From Candidatus Amesbacteria bacterium RIFCSPLOWO2_01_FULL_48_25 (GTDB taxonomy: Bacteria > Patescibacteriota > Microgenomatia > CAZETR01 > Amesbacteraceae), in assembly GCA_001773695.1 (NCBI GenBank), contig MEXN01000001.1, forward strand, positions 41,903 to 105,902: 64,000 nucleotides of DNA. The letters are read 5' to 3'. The notes under the pieces were generated by a model. That model had not been told where the DNA came from. It did no database searches and saw only the letters and a program-made list of their open reading frames with translations. Of the stretch, positions 52,229 through 60,732 are shown piece by piece (position 1 is the stretch's first letter; the number at the start of each line of letters is the position of its first letter). The position numbers and the translations under genes are program-made.

Positions 52229-53188
52229 TTAGGTTGACAATTTTCGCTGCCTTTGCCGCCCTTTAACATATCTTTCTATAGCTTCTTGAGTGGCAACCCA
52301 AATGCGCTTTTCCTTGTGTGCTTCGATTTTTCCGAAACGGGCCAAAAGATTGAGATATTTCTTTGAGTAAGGAGTTAAATTTACCAACGAAGACAGTGGT
52401 TGATATTTTTTCCCGGCATCTACTTCGGGAGACAGGGTTTTTAGGTAAATATTCAACGATCGTTCTATCGCTTGGGCCACAAAGCGAATCAACGGAGCAA
52501 GCTTCCCTTTGTCCGCATCTGCCAAAACCCGATAATATTTTTGCCTGTCGTTTTTTAGAATAACCACCAGAGGATAGCCTCTGTTTAGTAAGACAAGGTT
52601 CATAACCAAACGGGCAGTTCGTCCGTTACCATCCACAAAGGGGTGGATGTAAACCAGTTTGTGATGCAGAATAGCCGCGAATTCAACAGGATGGAGCTTT
52701 TGAATATTCTCCCCGGCCCAGGATATCAAATCGCTCATCTCAAACGAAACTTCACTCGAATCCGGTGGTAAATGGTCGGAACCGGTAATCATGACATTGG
52801 TTTGTCTATAACTTCCGGCTTGGTCCGCTTCCGTTTCCCGAACTACCAGCTTGTGCAGGTTTCTGATTAAAACTTCCGAAATTGTTTGTTGGGAGTTTTT
52901 TTCAACTAACTCATAGAGGTAATCCAACGCGTCGTAATGATCACGTGCTTCCAGATGGTCTTTAAGCGGTTTACCCTTGATAGTCAGGCCGTCTTTAATA
53001 ACCCAAGCCGTTTCTTTGAGAGTTAAGGAATTGCCCTCAATCGCGTTGGAATTGTAAGTCATTTCTATGGCAAACTGTTCCCGCAGCTTAGCCACAGCAG
53101 ATGTAGACAACGGTCTTTGAGGGTTAAGTTTGGCCAGTTTTTCATCAATTCTAGCCTGAATTCGAGAGTCTAATATGGTATAGACCAT
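52229..53188 (-). CDS. Fic-family protein
   Basis: HPFVDGNGRTARLV core motif; C-terminal helical domain. Confidence 0.8.
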   Translation of the reverse strand: MVYTILDSRIQARIDEKLAKLNPQRPLSTSAVAKLREQFAIEMTYNSNAIEGNSLTLKETAWVIKDGLTIKGKPLKDHLEARDHYDALDYLYELVEKNSQQTISEVLIRNLHKLVVRETEADQAGSYRQTNVMITGSDHLPPDSSEVSFEMSDLISWAGENIQKLHPVEFAAILHHKLVYIHPFVDGNGRTARLVMNLVLLNRGYPLVVILKNDRQKYYRVLADADKGKLAPLIRFVAQAIERSLNIYLKTLSPEVDAGKKYQPLSSLVNLTPYSKKYLNLLARFGKIEAHKEKRIWVATQEAIERYVKGRQRQRKLST

Positions 53189-53235
53189 ATTTCTTCTTAT
53201 ACCATGTTAAGAACTGGATTGCAAGCAGGTAGTGA

Positions 53236-53267
53236 GAGAAAATAGGTTCTGATTTCATCCAATCCCC
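53236..53267. repeat. Direct repeat copy 2 (AAAATAGGTTCTGATTTCATCCAATCCCCG)
   Basis: Matches 52196..52225; it lies immediately 5' of the fic gene. Confidence 0.7.
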
Positions 53268-53276
53268 GCAACCAAG

Positions 53277-53304
53277 TCAAAACCCGCTTCACGGCGGGTT
53301 TTTT
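53277..53304. terminator. Bidirectional intrinsic terminator AAAACCCGCTTCACGGCGGGTTTTTT
   Basis: GC stem CCCGC/GCGGG flanked by an A-run and a T-run. Confidence 0.6.
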
Positions 53305-53322
53305 AGTCCCTCATCCTAAGGT

Positions 53323-53328
53323 ATAATC
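53323..53328 (+). promoter_or_regulatory. -10 box TATAAT, 11 nt upstream of the tRNA 5' fragment
   Basis: cctaaggTATAATcaaggctaaatcGGCTACG. Confidence 0.4.
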
Positions 53329-53339
53329 AAGGCTAAATC

Positions 53340-53358
53340 GGCTACGTAGCTCAATGGT
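53340..53358 (+). repeat. Duplicated tRNA-Met 5' segment (acceptor and D-arm, 19 nt: GGCTACGTAGCTCAATGGT)
   Basis: 17/19 identical to positions 1-19 of the intact tRNA at 54095; tRNA-like sequence does not continue beyond it. Confidence 0.7.
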
Positions 53359-53426
53359 GTATTTTAAAAACGTTGGTTGTAAGAAATGCGAACCGATGAT
53401 ACAATAAACCATAGATATCGTTTTCT

Positions 53427-54104
53427 ATGGCAAAATCGTACCTTAAAAACAGGGCCATCGAGCTTCGTAAATCCGGCCTGAGTGTCAAGAATATCGCTGA
53501 ATCCCTAGGAGTCTCCAAAAGCACCGCAAGTTTGTGGGTCAGAGACATAGTCCTTTCTCTTGAACAAGAGGAGTCTCTAAAACAAAGATCCTTAAAAGGA
53601 GCGGAAAAGGGTCGCACAATCGGATCGCTAGTTCAAAAACAAAGACGGCTCAAACTGCTAGAAACAGAGAAAAAAATCGGGATAAAAGAGGTGGGGCAAC
53701 TCACCAAAAATGAGCTTAAAGTCGGCGGCTTAGCTCTGTACTGGGCCGAAGGATCCAAAAAGAACCGCAGAGTCGAACTTTGCAACTCGGATCCCTTCGT
53801 TATCAAGTTCTTCATCAACTGGCTCATTAATACTTTCGACATACCCATAAAGGAACTCTCTTGCTATGTCGGTATTAATGAGGCTCACAGGGCTAGAGAA
53901 GTCAAAGTGAAAAAATACTGGTCGCTCTTAACGAAAATTCCCCTCACCAGCTTCACTAAAACTAGCTTCAAAAAGTATCCCCTCAAAAAAGAATATCCAA
54001 ACTTTGACGAACACTATGGCACACTTTCAGTTCGTGTGCGGAAACCGGCACGAATTTACTATAAAATCCTAGGTGGAATCCACGGACTGTCCATGGCTAC
54101 GTAG
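53427..54104 (+). CDS. HTH + LAGLIDADG-like putative homing endonuclease (225 aa)
   Basis: N-terminal HTH (LRKSGLSVKNIAESLGVSKSTASLWV) and a LAGLIDADG-like motif GGLALYWAEGSK. The stop codon TAG lies within nucleotides 8-10 of the downstream tRNA (GGCTACGTAG). Confidence 0.45.
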   Translation: MAKSYLKNRAIELRKSGLSVKNIAESLGVSKSTASLWVRDIVLSLEQEESLKQRSLKGAEKGRTIGSLVQKQRRLKLLETEKKIGIKEVGQLTKNELKVGGLALYWAEGSKKNRRVELCNSDPFVIKFFINWLINTFDIPIKELSCYVGINEAHRAREVKVKKYWSLLTKIPLTSFTKTSFKKYPLKKEYPNFDEHYGTLSVRVRKPARIYYKILGGIHGLSMAT

Positions 54105-54167
54105 CTCAGCGGTTAGAGCGCACGCTTCATAAGCGTGATGTCGCTGGTCCGATCCCAGCCGTAGCCA
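54095..54167 (+). tRNA. tRNA-Met (anticodon CAU; elongator type or tRNA-Ile-lysidine, not initiator-like)
   Basis: GGCTACGTAGCTCAGCGGTTAGAGCGCACGCTTCATAAGCGTGATGTCGCTGGTCCGATCCCAGCCGTAGCCA is a complete cloverleaf. G1-C72 and the absence of three G-C pairs in the anticodon stem argue against an initiator. T-loop TCCGATC. Confidence 0.85.
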
Positions 54168-54431
54168 CATGTCCAAAGATATTCTGTTCCGGATCCGCCA
54201 ACCCCAAAAACCAGGGCCAACAACTTTTCTCAATGGTATCCCATACTCACGAATAAGACACGCATACAATCTAAGCAATCAAGCCCCTGTTGAAGAATCA
54301 CCCTCCTCAATAACCCTTTTCGAGAGAGTTGTTACTAGTAAAACCAGTTGGATAAGGCCATGTCGCGTAATTACGCCACGCGAATGGCTGGTATCTCAAT
54401 TAATCAAACTCTTTCCCAACGAAAAAGTGGT

Positions 54432-54776
54432 CTAAATCCCCACATACAACTCCCACCATTTGCGCCAATTTGCCTCGGTATTGGAATTTGTGGCTTGAGA
54501 TTTAAGATTTGGAGGACTTGGTACAATCACAACAACCTCTCCTAGCTTTCCCAAGCCTAGTTTCTCCCTCGCCTCCCGCTCCACAAAATCATCCGATTTT
54601 ACCTCCTCTAACTTCTGCTGCAGCTGCTTGTTTTCAACCTCAGCCGCCGCCACTTCAGACTGGGCTCGTTTCACCCTCTCCCCCGCCCGGATTAGTCTCC
54701 ACACATTCCCCCCCAGCCTCACCGTGACACCAATACTCAATATCAATACCAGCCATCTAACCCATCTCTTTCCCAT
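54432..54776 (-). CDS. Septum formation initiator (FtsB/DivIC-like)
   Basis: Single TM plus a coiled coil (RAQSEVAAAEVENKQLQQKLEEVKSDDFVEREAREKLGL). Start at MGKRW. The C-terminus contains a repeat-derived insert. Confidence 0.5.
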   Translation of the reverse strand: MGKRWVRWLVLILSIGVTVRLGGNVWRLIRAGERVKRAQSEVAAAEVENKQLQQKLEEVKSDDFVEREAREKLGLGKLGEVVVIVPSPPNLKSQATNSNTEANWRKWWELYVGI

Positions 54777-54803
54777 ATTTCCATTGTACCAGGCACGACT
54801 CTC

Positions 54804-55742
54804 TTGCAATCTCCACCCCAACCAGGTACAATTCATCAATTAACCTGTCCCATAGTCAATTTACAAATGGCCTCACTTCCCGACCCAATTAGCTTTGATA
54901 CTGCCCTGGAGAAATTTACCAGCCACCTTAAAAGTCAACACCGCTCTTCCTCCACCTCAATAGCCTATATCGGCGACCTGGCCCAACTCCGCTCCTACCT
55001 GGAAACTCACCGCATTACCCAAGCTACTACCGTCCAAACCCAGCACTTAGAGGAGTTTGTCACCCAGCTGGGAGAAAAAAACTACACTCCCAAGTCTATA
55101 AGCCGCAAGATCAACTCACTCAAGACTTTTTTCAAATTCCTCCATCAAACCGGCCTCCACAACTCCAACCCCGCCTCTCCCCTCACCCACCCCAAATACA
55201 CCACTCCCCCACCCCGCATATTAACCCAAGAAGAATACTCCAAGCTGCGCGACGCCTGCCGACTGGATATTAGGGTTTGCGCCATCGTCGAGATCCTTCT
55301 CCAAACCGGCATGCGCATTTCCGAGCTGGCCAACCTCAGGCTGGAAGACATCAAGAAAAACGAGCTTTTCATCCGCCCTCTAGAAAACAATCCGGAGCGT
55401 TCCATCCCCTTAAACCGCCAGGCTACCATCGCCATTCAGAACTACCTGAGCCTGCGTCCCACCACTGCCGATACCCATCTTTTCGTCACCAAAACCGGCC
55501 GGCCGCTACTGATTAGAAATATCAGAACCAGTATCGATCGCTATTTCAAAAAGGCCGGCCTGAGCAACATCAAAGTCAACGATCTTCGGCACACCTTTAT
55601 AGCCCACCAGCTAAGTAACGGCGTCCTGCCCGAAGTCATCCACAAACACGTCGGTCACCGCCGGATCAGTTCCACCGAAAAATACCTCGAATTTATAAAG
55701 ATCACCGCCACTACCACCTCCTCCAAACTCCTGGAATTGTAA
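54804..55742 (+). CDS. Tyrosine site-specific recombinase (XerC/XerD/integrase family); likely start MASLPD near 54870
   Basis: N-terminal SAM-like core-binding domain; catalytic R...HxxR...Y (LRHTFIAHQL, HVGHRRISSTEKYLEF). Confidence 0.8.
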   Translation: MQSPPQPGTIHQLTCPIVNLQMASLPDPISFDTALEKFTSHLKSQHRSSSTSIAYIGDLAQLRSYLETHRITQATTVQTQHLEEFVTQLGEKNYTPKSISRKINSLKTFFKFLHQTGLHNSNPASPLTHPKYTTPPPRILTQEEYSKLRDACRLDIRVCAIVEILLQTGMRISELANLRLEDIKKNELFIRPLENNPERSIPLNRQATIAIQNYLSLRPTTADTHLFVTKTGRPLLIRNIRTSIDRYFKKAGLSNIKVNDLRHTFIAHQLSNGVLPEVIHKHVGHRRISSTEKYLEFIKITATTTSSKLLEL

Positions 55743-55751
55743 ATTAACTAA

Positions 55752-55889
55752 TTAACCAATCACCTTTCTAATCTTCTTCCGTTCTTTGCTCCTAAACGCC
55801 CAGATCCCAACTAGCAGTATCAGTATCACCACAATCGTCCATCCCCCCGCCTTAAATAATTTAAACGCCAGCTTCCAAAAACCCAACAT
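55752..55889 (-). CDS. Small membrane protein (about 45 aa from MLGFWK)
   Basis: One TM plus a basic tail; the longer listed ORF abuts the tRNA. Confidence 0.25.
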   Translation of the reverse strand: MLGFWKLAFKLFKAGGWTIVVILILLVGIWAFRSKERKKIRKVIG

Positions 55890-55949
55890 CTTATAGTCCA
55901 AAGACAAATCTGTCAGCGATTGGGTTATGAAATGAGCCAAACGTATCAT

Positions 55950-56024
55950 TGGTGACTCGACGGGGAATCGGACCCCGATTACGGGGATGAAAGCCCCGTG
56001 TCCTAGCCGTTAGACGATCGAGCC
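55950..56024 (-). tRNA. tRNA-Glu (anticodon UUC), CCA encoded
   Basis: The minus-strand read GGCTCGATCGTCTAACGGCTAGGACACGGGGCTTTCATCCCCGTAATCGGGGTCCGATTCCCCGTCGAGTCACCA has anticodon loop CTTTCAT and T-loop TCCGATT. Confidence 0.8.
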
Positions 56025-56043
56025 GTAGAAGCTAATTTTACCA

Positions 56044-58389
56044 TTACAGCTTCGCTCTCGCCGCAATCTCACTCTCGACCAGGCGCACATCCCGACCATA
56101 TTTCAGTCTCGACAGCTGCTTTATAGCTTCGGCCAGCTTCTCATTGCGCATCCCCCGCTCAGCCGTTATATCCTTAGTCACGTCCATAGTAAACGGCGTC
56201 ACCGGCTCGTTTCTCACAATAGTTTTGATAAACACGTTAAACCTCTCAATATTCAGTAAGTCCGCCTCGTTAAAAGTAGGCGTATACTCATGCTGCAAAT
56301 AGTTAGCGTCCCCCACTCCCACCCGGAAGGAAACCAAAGTTCCCACATTCCCAAACACCGCGTTTTTCACCTCGTCCTCCATCTGAGAAGTAAACTGGTT
56401 GGCTACGATCAAATTCAGCTTGTATTTCCTAGCTTCCGACAAAATAGTAGCAAAATCCGGCGTGGCAAAATTCTGAAACTCGTCCACGTACAAGTAAAAC
56501 GGCCGTCTGTCTTTTTCTAAAATATCAGCTCTACTCATAGCCGCAGACAAAAGTCTGGGTACCAATACCAACCCCAGAAAATTACTATTTTCCTCTCCCA
56601 ATTTTCCCTTGGACAAATTGACAATCAAAATTTTCCCCTCGTCCATCACCGCCCGGAAATCAAATGCCGATTGAGGCTGGCCGATAATATTTCTTATCGT
56701 CCGGTTAGTCACGAACCGGCCAAACTTGGACACAATATAATCCAGCACTTCGGATTTATGAAAGTCGGAGGTTTGGGCAATCTGGTCGGTCCAATACCGC
56801 CTCACAATTGGGTCTTTCACCCGCGGCAACATCTCCTGGACAAACTCAGGTCGCTGCAGCGCCTGCACCACCTCGATAAACGTTCCCCCCGGCACTGCGT
56901 CCATGACGGTCAACATTGCATTCCTGATCGCGTGTTCAAACCTCGGCCCAATAATCCCGGTTTTATGTGGATCGTACAGCTTGTACATCATCCCAATCAC
57001 GGCATTAGTAGCCATATGCCGCTCCTGGTCGGACCTGGCCTCGATCAAGTTCAACCCCATCGGCCGCTCCGTATCCGACGGATCAAAAAAGACCACATCC
57101 TCCGCCCGCTCGGGCGGGATATAACCAAGCAAGTCCTCTGCTAGATCATGCGGGTCGATGACACAAACTCCCTTCCCCGCCCGGATATCCTGGAGAATCA
57201 TCGTCTTCAAAAATTCCGTCTTTCCCGTCCCCGTCCGCCCGATAATATATATGTGCCGTTCCCGGTCCATATCTGAGGTATAAACCGGCCGTGTCACTCC
57301 TCTAAAAACTGACTTGCCTAAATACAGCCCTTCCGTAGGTATCCCCTGCGGCGCCGGCGCCCGCTTGGCATTCAGCCAAAAAATATGCGGCGTCTCCACG
57401 GATTTATTCGGGAAGTGGTAAATAGTAGCCAGCTCCTCGGAATTTAATACCGTCCAATTTCCCCACCAGACCATCGGCTGATACCTGTAGATAAAGTCCA
57501 CCATAAAGCTGGTTTTCAGTCGGATTTTCTTGCCCTTAAATCCATTCAAATCCCCATTAAACTGCTCAAACGCCGCCTTAATATTGGCCAAGTGCGCACG
57601 GGCCGAGTCACGGTTAACCGAAGACACCACAATCCGTATTGTCGTGGCAAATCCGTTTTTAGACACTTTGTTATCCACTGCCTCCAGAACTTTAGGGTCC
57701 ACTTTATAACTGGCCTTCTCCGGATCGGACTCGCTCTTTTTAGTCTTTCCAATCCACGTCCTACCTTTTTTCTTCCATCCCGCCTCGGCCGGTGCCAACA
57801 CTATCTGCACGTGCGCTCCCTCCCCATCTCCCATTTTAGCCAGCGCCGAGGTCACAGCCGCCATGGGATCCGTCGTCAAATTTTTAAATATCTGGATAGG
57901 ATAATACGACGCGTTTCGTAGTATCAGCCAAGCAAACTCCACACGGCCGTCAACTGTAAATATATTCGGCTCCTCCACCACCTTAATTTCAGCCCCCGAA
58001 TACCCGCCATGGATTTGCTTCTCTACCAAGTCCCGCAATTTCTCAGGCAGCATGATATAAAACCGGATGTCTTCCTTTCGGGCCAATATTTCAAAAGAGA
58101 TATGTGGCTGCACCTGCAAAAATGAAAACCACCCAAACGGCCCCAATCCCCCCCTCTTGATCGAATACAGGCTGCTAATTATCTGTTCCATGGCATCAAT
58201 TTTTATTTCGTTATCCCGCGGCACCGCCACCTGCAGGCACACCATCTCCAGACTCTTATCTTCCCTGTCCCGGTGCCGGTACCACACCACCAGCAAATAC
58301 CCCACCAATGTCATCAGCACCACAAACACACCCAAAATAACGACCAGTAATACTATCGGCCCAATCAAACTCGCCACATACGGATTCAT
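56044..58389 (-). CDS. VirB4/TraG-like (AAA_10/DUF87-type) membrane-anchored P-loop ATPase, type IV secretion/conjugation-like
   Basis: N-terminal TM; Walker A IIGRTGTGKTEF followed by VIDPHDLAEDL (the hDP+GE-like signature of VirB4/TraC/TraG ATPases); Walker B LYVDEFQNF. Confidence 0.65.
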   Translation of the reverse strand: MNPYVASLIGPIVLLVVILGVFVVLMTLVGYLLVVWYRHRDREDKSLEMVCLQVAVPRDNEIKIDAMEQIISSLYSIKRGGLGPFGWFSFLQVQPHISFEILARKEDIRFYIMLPEKLRDLVEKQIHGGYSGAEIKVVEEPNIFTVDGRVEFAWLILRNASYYPIQIFKNLTTDPMAAVTSALAKMGDGEGAHVQIVLAPAEAGWKKKGRTWIGKTKKSESDPEKASYKVDPKVLEAVDNKVSKNGFATTIRIVVSSVNRDSARAHLANIKAAFEQFNGDLNGFKGKKIRLKTSFMVDFIYRYQPMVWWGNWTVLNSEELATIYHFPNKSVETPHIFWLNAKRAPAPQGIPTEGLYLGKSVFRGVTRPVYTSDMDRERHIYIIGRTGTGKTEFLKTMILQDIRAGKGVCVIDPHDLAEDLLGYIPPERAEDVVFFDPSDTERPMGLNLIEARSDQERHMATNAVIGMMYKLYDPHKTGIIGPRFEHAIRNAMLTVMDAVPGGTFIEVVQALQRPEFVQEMLPRVKDPIVRRYWTDQIAQTSDFHKSEVLDYIVSKFGRFVTNRTIRNIIGQPQSAFDFRAVMDEGKILIVNLSKGKLGEENSNFLGLVLVPRLLSAAMSRADILEKDRRPFYLYVDEFQNFATPDFATILSEARKYKLNLIVANQFTSQMEDEVKNAVFGNVGTLVSFRVGVGDANYLQHEYTPTFNEADLLNIERFNVFIKTIVRNEPVTPFTMDVTKDITAERGMRNEKLAEAIKQLSRLKYGRDVRLVESEIAARAKL

Positions 58390-58420
58390 ATATTCATGAT
58401 ATCAAAATAACAAAGGCACA

Positions 58421-58493
58421 GGCATGCTAGCAAAGTCGCGCGCAGCCGGACACCGGCAACGACCAGGCAGTCGAGCACGACCTTTGCGCATGC
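58421..58493 (-). promoter_or_regulatory. Conserved GC-rich leader element copy 2, about 32 nt upstream of the ATPase gene
   Basis: Same core as 38131..38205, with compensatory outer arms GGCATGC/GCATGCC and GCAAAG/CTTTGC. Confidence 0.45.
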
Positions 58494-58507
58494 CGAGCCT
58501 GATAACT

Positions 58508-59029
58508 CTACTTCTTAGTTTTTACAGGTATCGGCATTCCCAATTTTTTCATCTGCCGGATGCACCACACTGCCAACCACCTGATCGCCTCCCACACTTT
58601 GTGATGTAACCCCTGGGTAATCTGGTCATCGGTCAGGGGTATGGTAACTTTAGGGTTTTGGGGGTTGGCCGATCCCATCAGTACCTGCCCCACATAGTCG
58701 TCCGTCCCAGCTTGTCCCAGCTCTGCCTCCTTCTCCACTTTTTCTATCCACCCCTCCCGCTCAAGTTTCGGCTCCACCTCCGGCTCTGCCGGTACTTCCT
58801 CCACCTCTTCAATAACTCTCTCCTTTCTTATTCTCCCAGCAGCGACCTCCAGCTGCTCTTTAAAATGCCCTCCCGCGTTGTACATCGCCTGCGGATCCCA
58901 TTGTTTCTCCTCGTACTCCTCCACATCATCTGCCATACTTGGCACCGGATTGGCAGTCAGCTCATCCAGATCCTGCGCGGCTTGTGGTTTACTTGGAACT
59001 TGTGGCTTGGGATTTGGGATTTGATTCAT
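58508..59029 (-). CDS. Hypothetical acidic protein (173 aa)
   Basis: Glu-rich central region; the N-terminus is encoded by a TTGGGAT/CTTGTGG repeat; no motif. Confidence 0.4.
   Translation of the reverse strand: MNQIPNPKPQVPSKPQAAQDLDELTANPVPSMADDVEEYEEKQWDPQAMYNAGGHFKEQLEVAAGRIRKERVIEEVEEVPAEPEVEPKLEREGWIEKVEKEAELGQAGTDDYVGQVLMGSANPQNPKVTIPLTDDQITQGLHHKVWEAIRWLAVWCIRQMKKLGMPIPVKTKK
58981..59026. repeat. CTTGTGG/TTTGGGA repeats at the 5' end of the acidic-protein ORF
   Basis: cttgtggtttacttggaacttgtggcttgggatttgggatttgattc. Confidence 0.8.
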
Positions 59030-59245
59030 CCCCCCATCTTACCAACTTGACACCCCCAAGAACAAGAAATAACATCTCCTTATGCCTCCCAGCCTTGATG
59101 CACCACAGACTCAAACATCTTTTCCTGACCAACTGGCAAACCCGAGGCTCAGGTCAAAAGCAAGATATGGCCCCATCGGCCACTTGCTAGACCAAGAAAA
59201 TCAGAAAAAGAACCTCGCCCAAGATTCAACTCCACTCTGAAAGAT

Positions 59246-59623
59246 ATGGCCGACCGGATCGCCAACACCAAGCCCTCTGGACTGGACACAACCACAAATC
59301 CCAGCTGGAGTAATAATCCGGAATCTACAATCCAAGAATACGGTGGGTATTACGATTGTTACTATCATGGAGCTACTGAAGAACAAATTTTCCGCGTTTT
59401 CAAAAATAGCTCCTTGGCAGAGGTTTGGAGAAGACCAAAAGAGAACAACCTGGAAAAAAGGCCGGAATGGACTAGAGATCTTCAAACTAAAGGAGCACCC
59501 AACAACAAAATCAAAGTTTGGAGTGAGACCCCCCTCCCCACCCAAATCGCTTTAAACATTGTACACGACCTTGTCACTCAAATCACCCACAAGCCTCCAA
59601 TCCCTCAGAAGGTTAGTCTTTAA
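59246..59623 (+). CDS. Hypothetical protein (125 aa); the antisense 59201..59545 ORF is rejected
   Basis: The plus frame has gene-like composition; the minus frame is Phe/Ser-rich and repetitive. Confidence 0.3.
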   Translation: MADRIANTKPSGLDTTTNPSWSNNPESTIQEYGGYYDCYYHGATEEQIFRVFKNSSLAEVWRRPKENNLEKRPEWTRDLQTKGAPNNKIKVWSETPLPTQIALNIVHDLVTQITHKPPIPQKVSL

Positions 59624-59697
59624 AGGAGTATCCCTTTAAATCCACCGCATTCAAGCCGGCAATTGACAACACGTACCATTAGATGTACGATATCCAC

Positions 59698-59967
59698 ATG
59701 ACCCAATTAAGTACCACCCTCACCGCCAGTAATGCTCGCTCAAATTTCTACCAAATCCTTGCCAACGCAGTCGACAATTTAAATCGATTCACAATAAAAA
59801 TACGCGGCAAGGGCGATGCAATCATCATGTCAAAAGAAGAGCTCGAAAGCTGGGAAGAGACACTGGATATCTTATCCAACAAAAAACTTGCAAACAGTTT
59901 ACGAAAGGCCCTGAGATCCAAAAAAACCTATACCCAAGAAGAAGTTTACAAAAAACTGGGGTGGTAA
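59698..59967 (+). CDS. Antitoxin Phd/YefM family
   Basis: LTASNARSNFYQILANAVDNLNRFTIKIRGKGDAIIMSKEELESWEETLDIL matches the Phd/YefM fold. Confidence 0.7.
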   Translation: MTQLSTTLTASNARSNFYQILANAVDNLNRFTIKIRGKGDAIIMSKEELESWEETLDILSNKKLANSLRKALRSKKTYTQEEVYKKLGW

Positions 59968-59976
59968 TACAAACCC

Positions 59977-60225
59977 GTGAAACTAATTTTCAAGTCTGAG
60001 GCTGAAAAGAAGATGGCCAAGATTGGAGCCAGGGATATACCCAAAATCAAACGAAAACTCGCCTCGCTATTAGATGATCCTCTCTCCGGCAAATTGCTAT
60101 CGGGAGAATTTTCAGGCATTCGCAGTATACGAGCCTGGCCACTGCGTATACTTTATTCTTTTAATCCAAAATCCCAGACAATCACCATCGAAGCCGTCGA
60201 CTACCGCGGCCAGGTCTATAAATAA
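59977..60225 (+). CDS. Toxin, RelE/ParE (YoeB/Txe-like) family; GTG start
   Basis: 82 aa; ...RAWPLRILYSFNPKSQTITIEAVDYRGQVYK has the RelE-like C-terminal pattern. It is immediately downstream of the Phd-like gene. Confidence 0.65.
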   Translation: MKLIFKSEAEKKMAKIGARDIPKIKRKLASLLDDPLSGKLLSGEFSGIRSIRAWPLRILYSFNPKSQTITIEAVDYRGQVYK

Positions 60226-60732
60226 TCATCCTCTCCATACCTCCTCCGGAATTTTGAGCTTGTGGTTTATCCACCTCCCCATCACAAACAGCGCGTCGGA
60301 CAACCTGTTTAAATATTTCAACGTGTTTTTTTCTTTTATCCCCAATGCCACCACCCTACGCTCCGCTCTTCTGCACACACTTCTGGCTACTTGTAGCTCC
60401 CCCACCGGATAAACAAAATTGGCCAATTTCGGTAAATCCCGGGTCCACTTATCAATCTTATTCTCTAAATTCTTAATTTCCTGATATCTTAACTTCAATC
60501 CGCTCCCCGCCAATCCCGACCCAATAGTCAGTAAATTTGTTTGAATTCTTTTTAATTCTTTTTCAATGACTGAATCTTGAATTTTGAATCTTGAATTTTC
60601 CCTGCATGTTCCCACCCATGAATTTAATTCATCAATTGCTCCCAGCGCCTCCGCCAATTGGTCGCCCTTACCCATCCGCCCATAAAACGTCCCCGTCCTC
60701 CCTCGATCCCCAGTTTTAGTGTAAATTTTCAT
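60226..60732 (-). CDS. PduO-type ATP:cob(I)alamin adenosyltransferase family protein
   Basis: MKIYTKTGDRGRTGTFYG N-terminal signature. A repeat-derived insert is present. Confidence 0.72.
   Translation of the reverse strand: MKIYTKTGDRGRTGTFYGRMGKGDQLAEALGAIDELNSWVGTCRENSRFKIQDSVIEKELKRIQTNLLTIGSGLAGSGLKLRYQEIKNLENKIDKWTRDLPKLANFVYPVGELQVARSVCRRAERRVVALGIKEKNTLKYLNRLSDALFVMGRWINHKLKIPEEVWRG

Noticed and set aside
53340-54167. Interpretation as a group I intron-containing tRNA-Met
   Set aside because: The downstream tRNA copy is a complete, uninterrupted 73-nt cloverleaf. The upstream piece is only a 19-nt duplicate, so this is an insertion with target duplication, not an intron.
58424-58609. 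61-aa plus-strand ORF
   Set aside because: It is translation of the conserved GC-rich leader element (copy 2); Arg/Pro-rich.
59201-59545. 114-aa minus-strand ORF
   Set aside because: Phe/Ser-rich repetitive product overlapping a more plausible plus-strand ORF.
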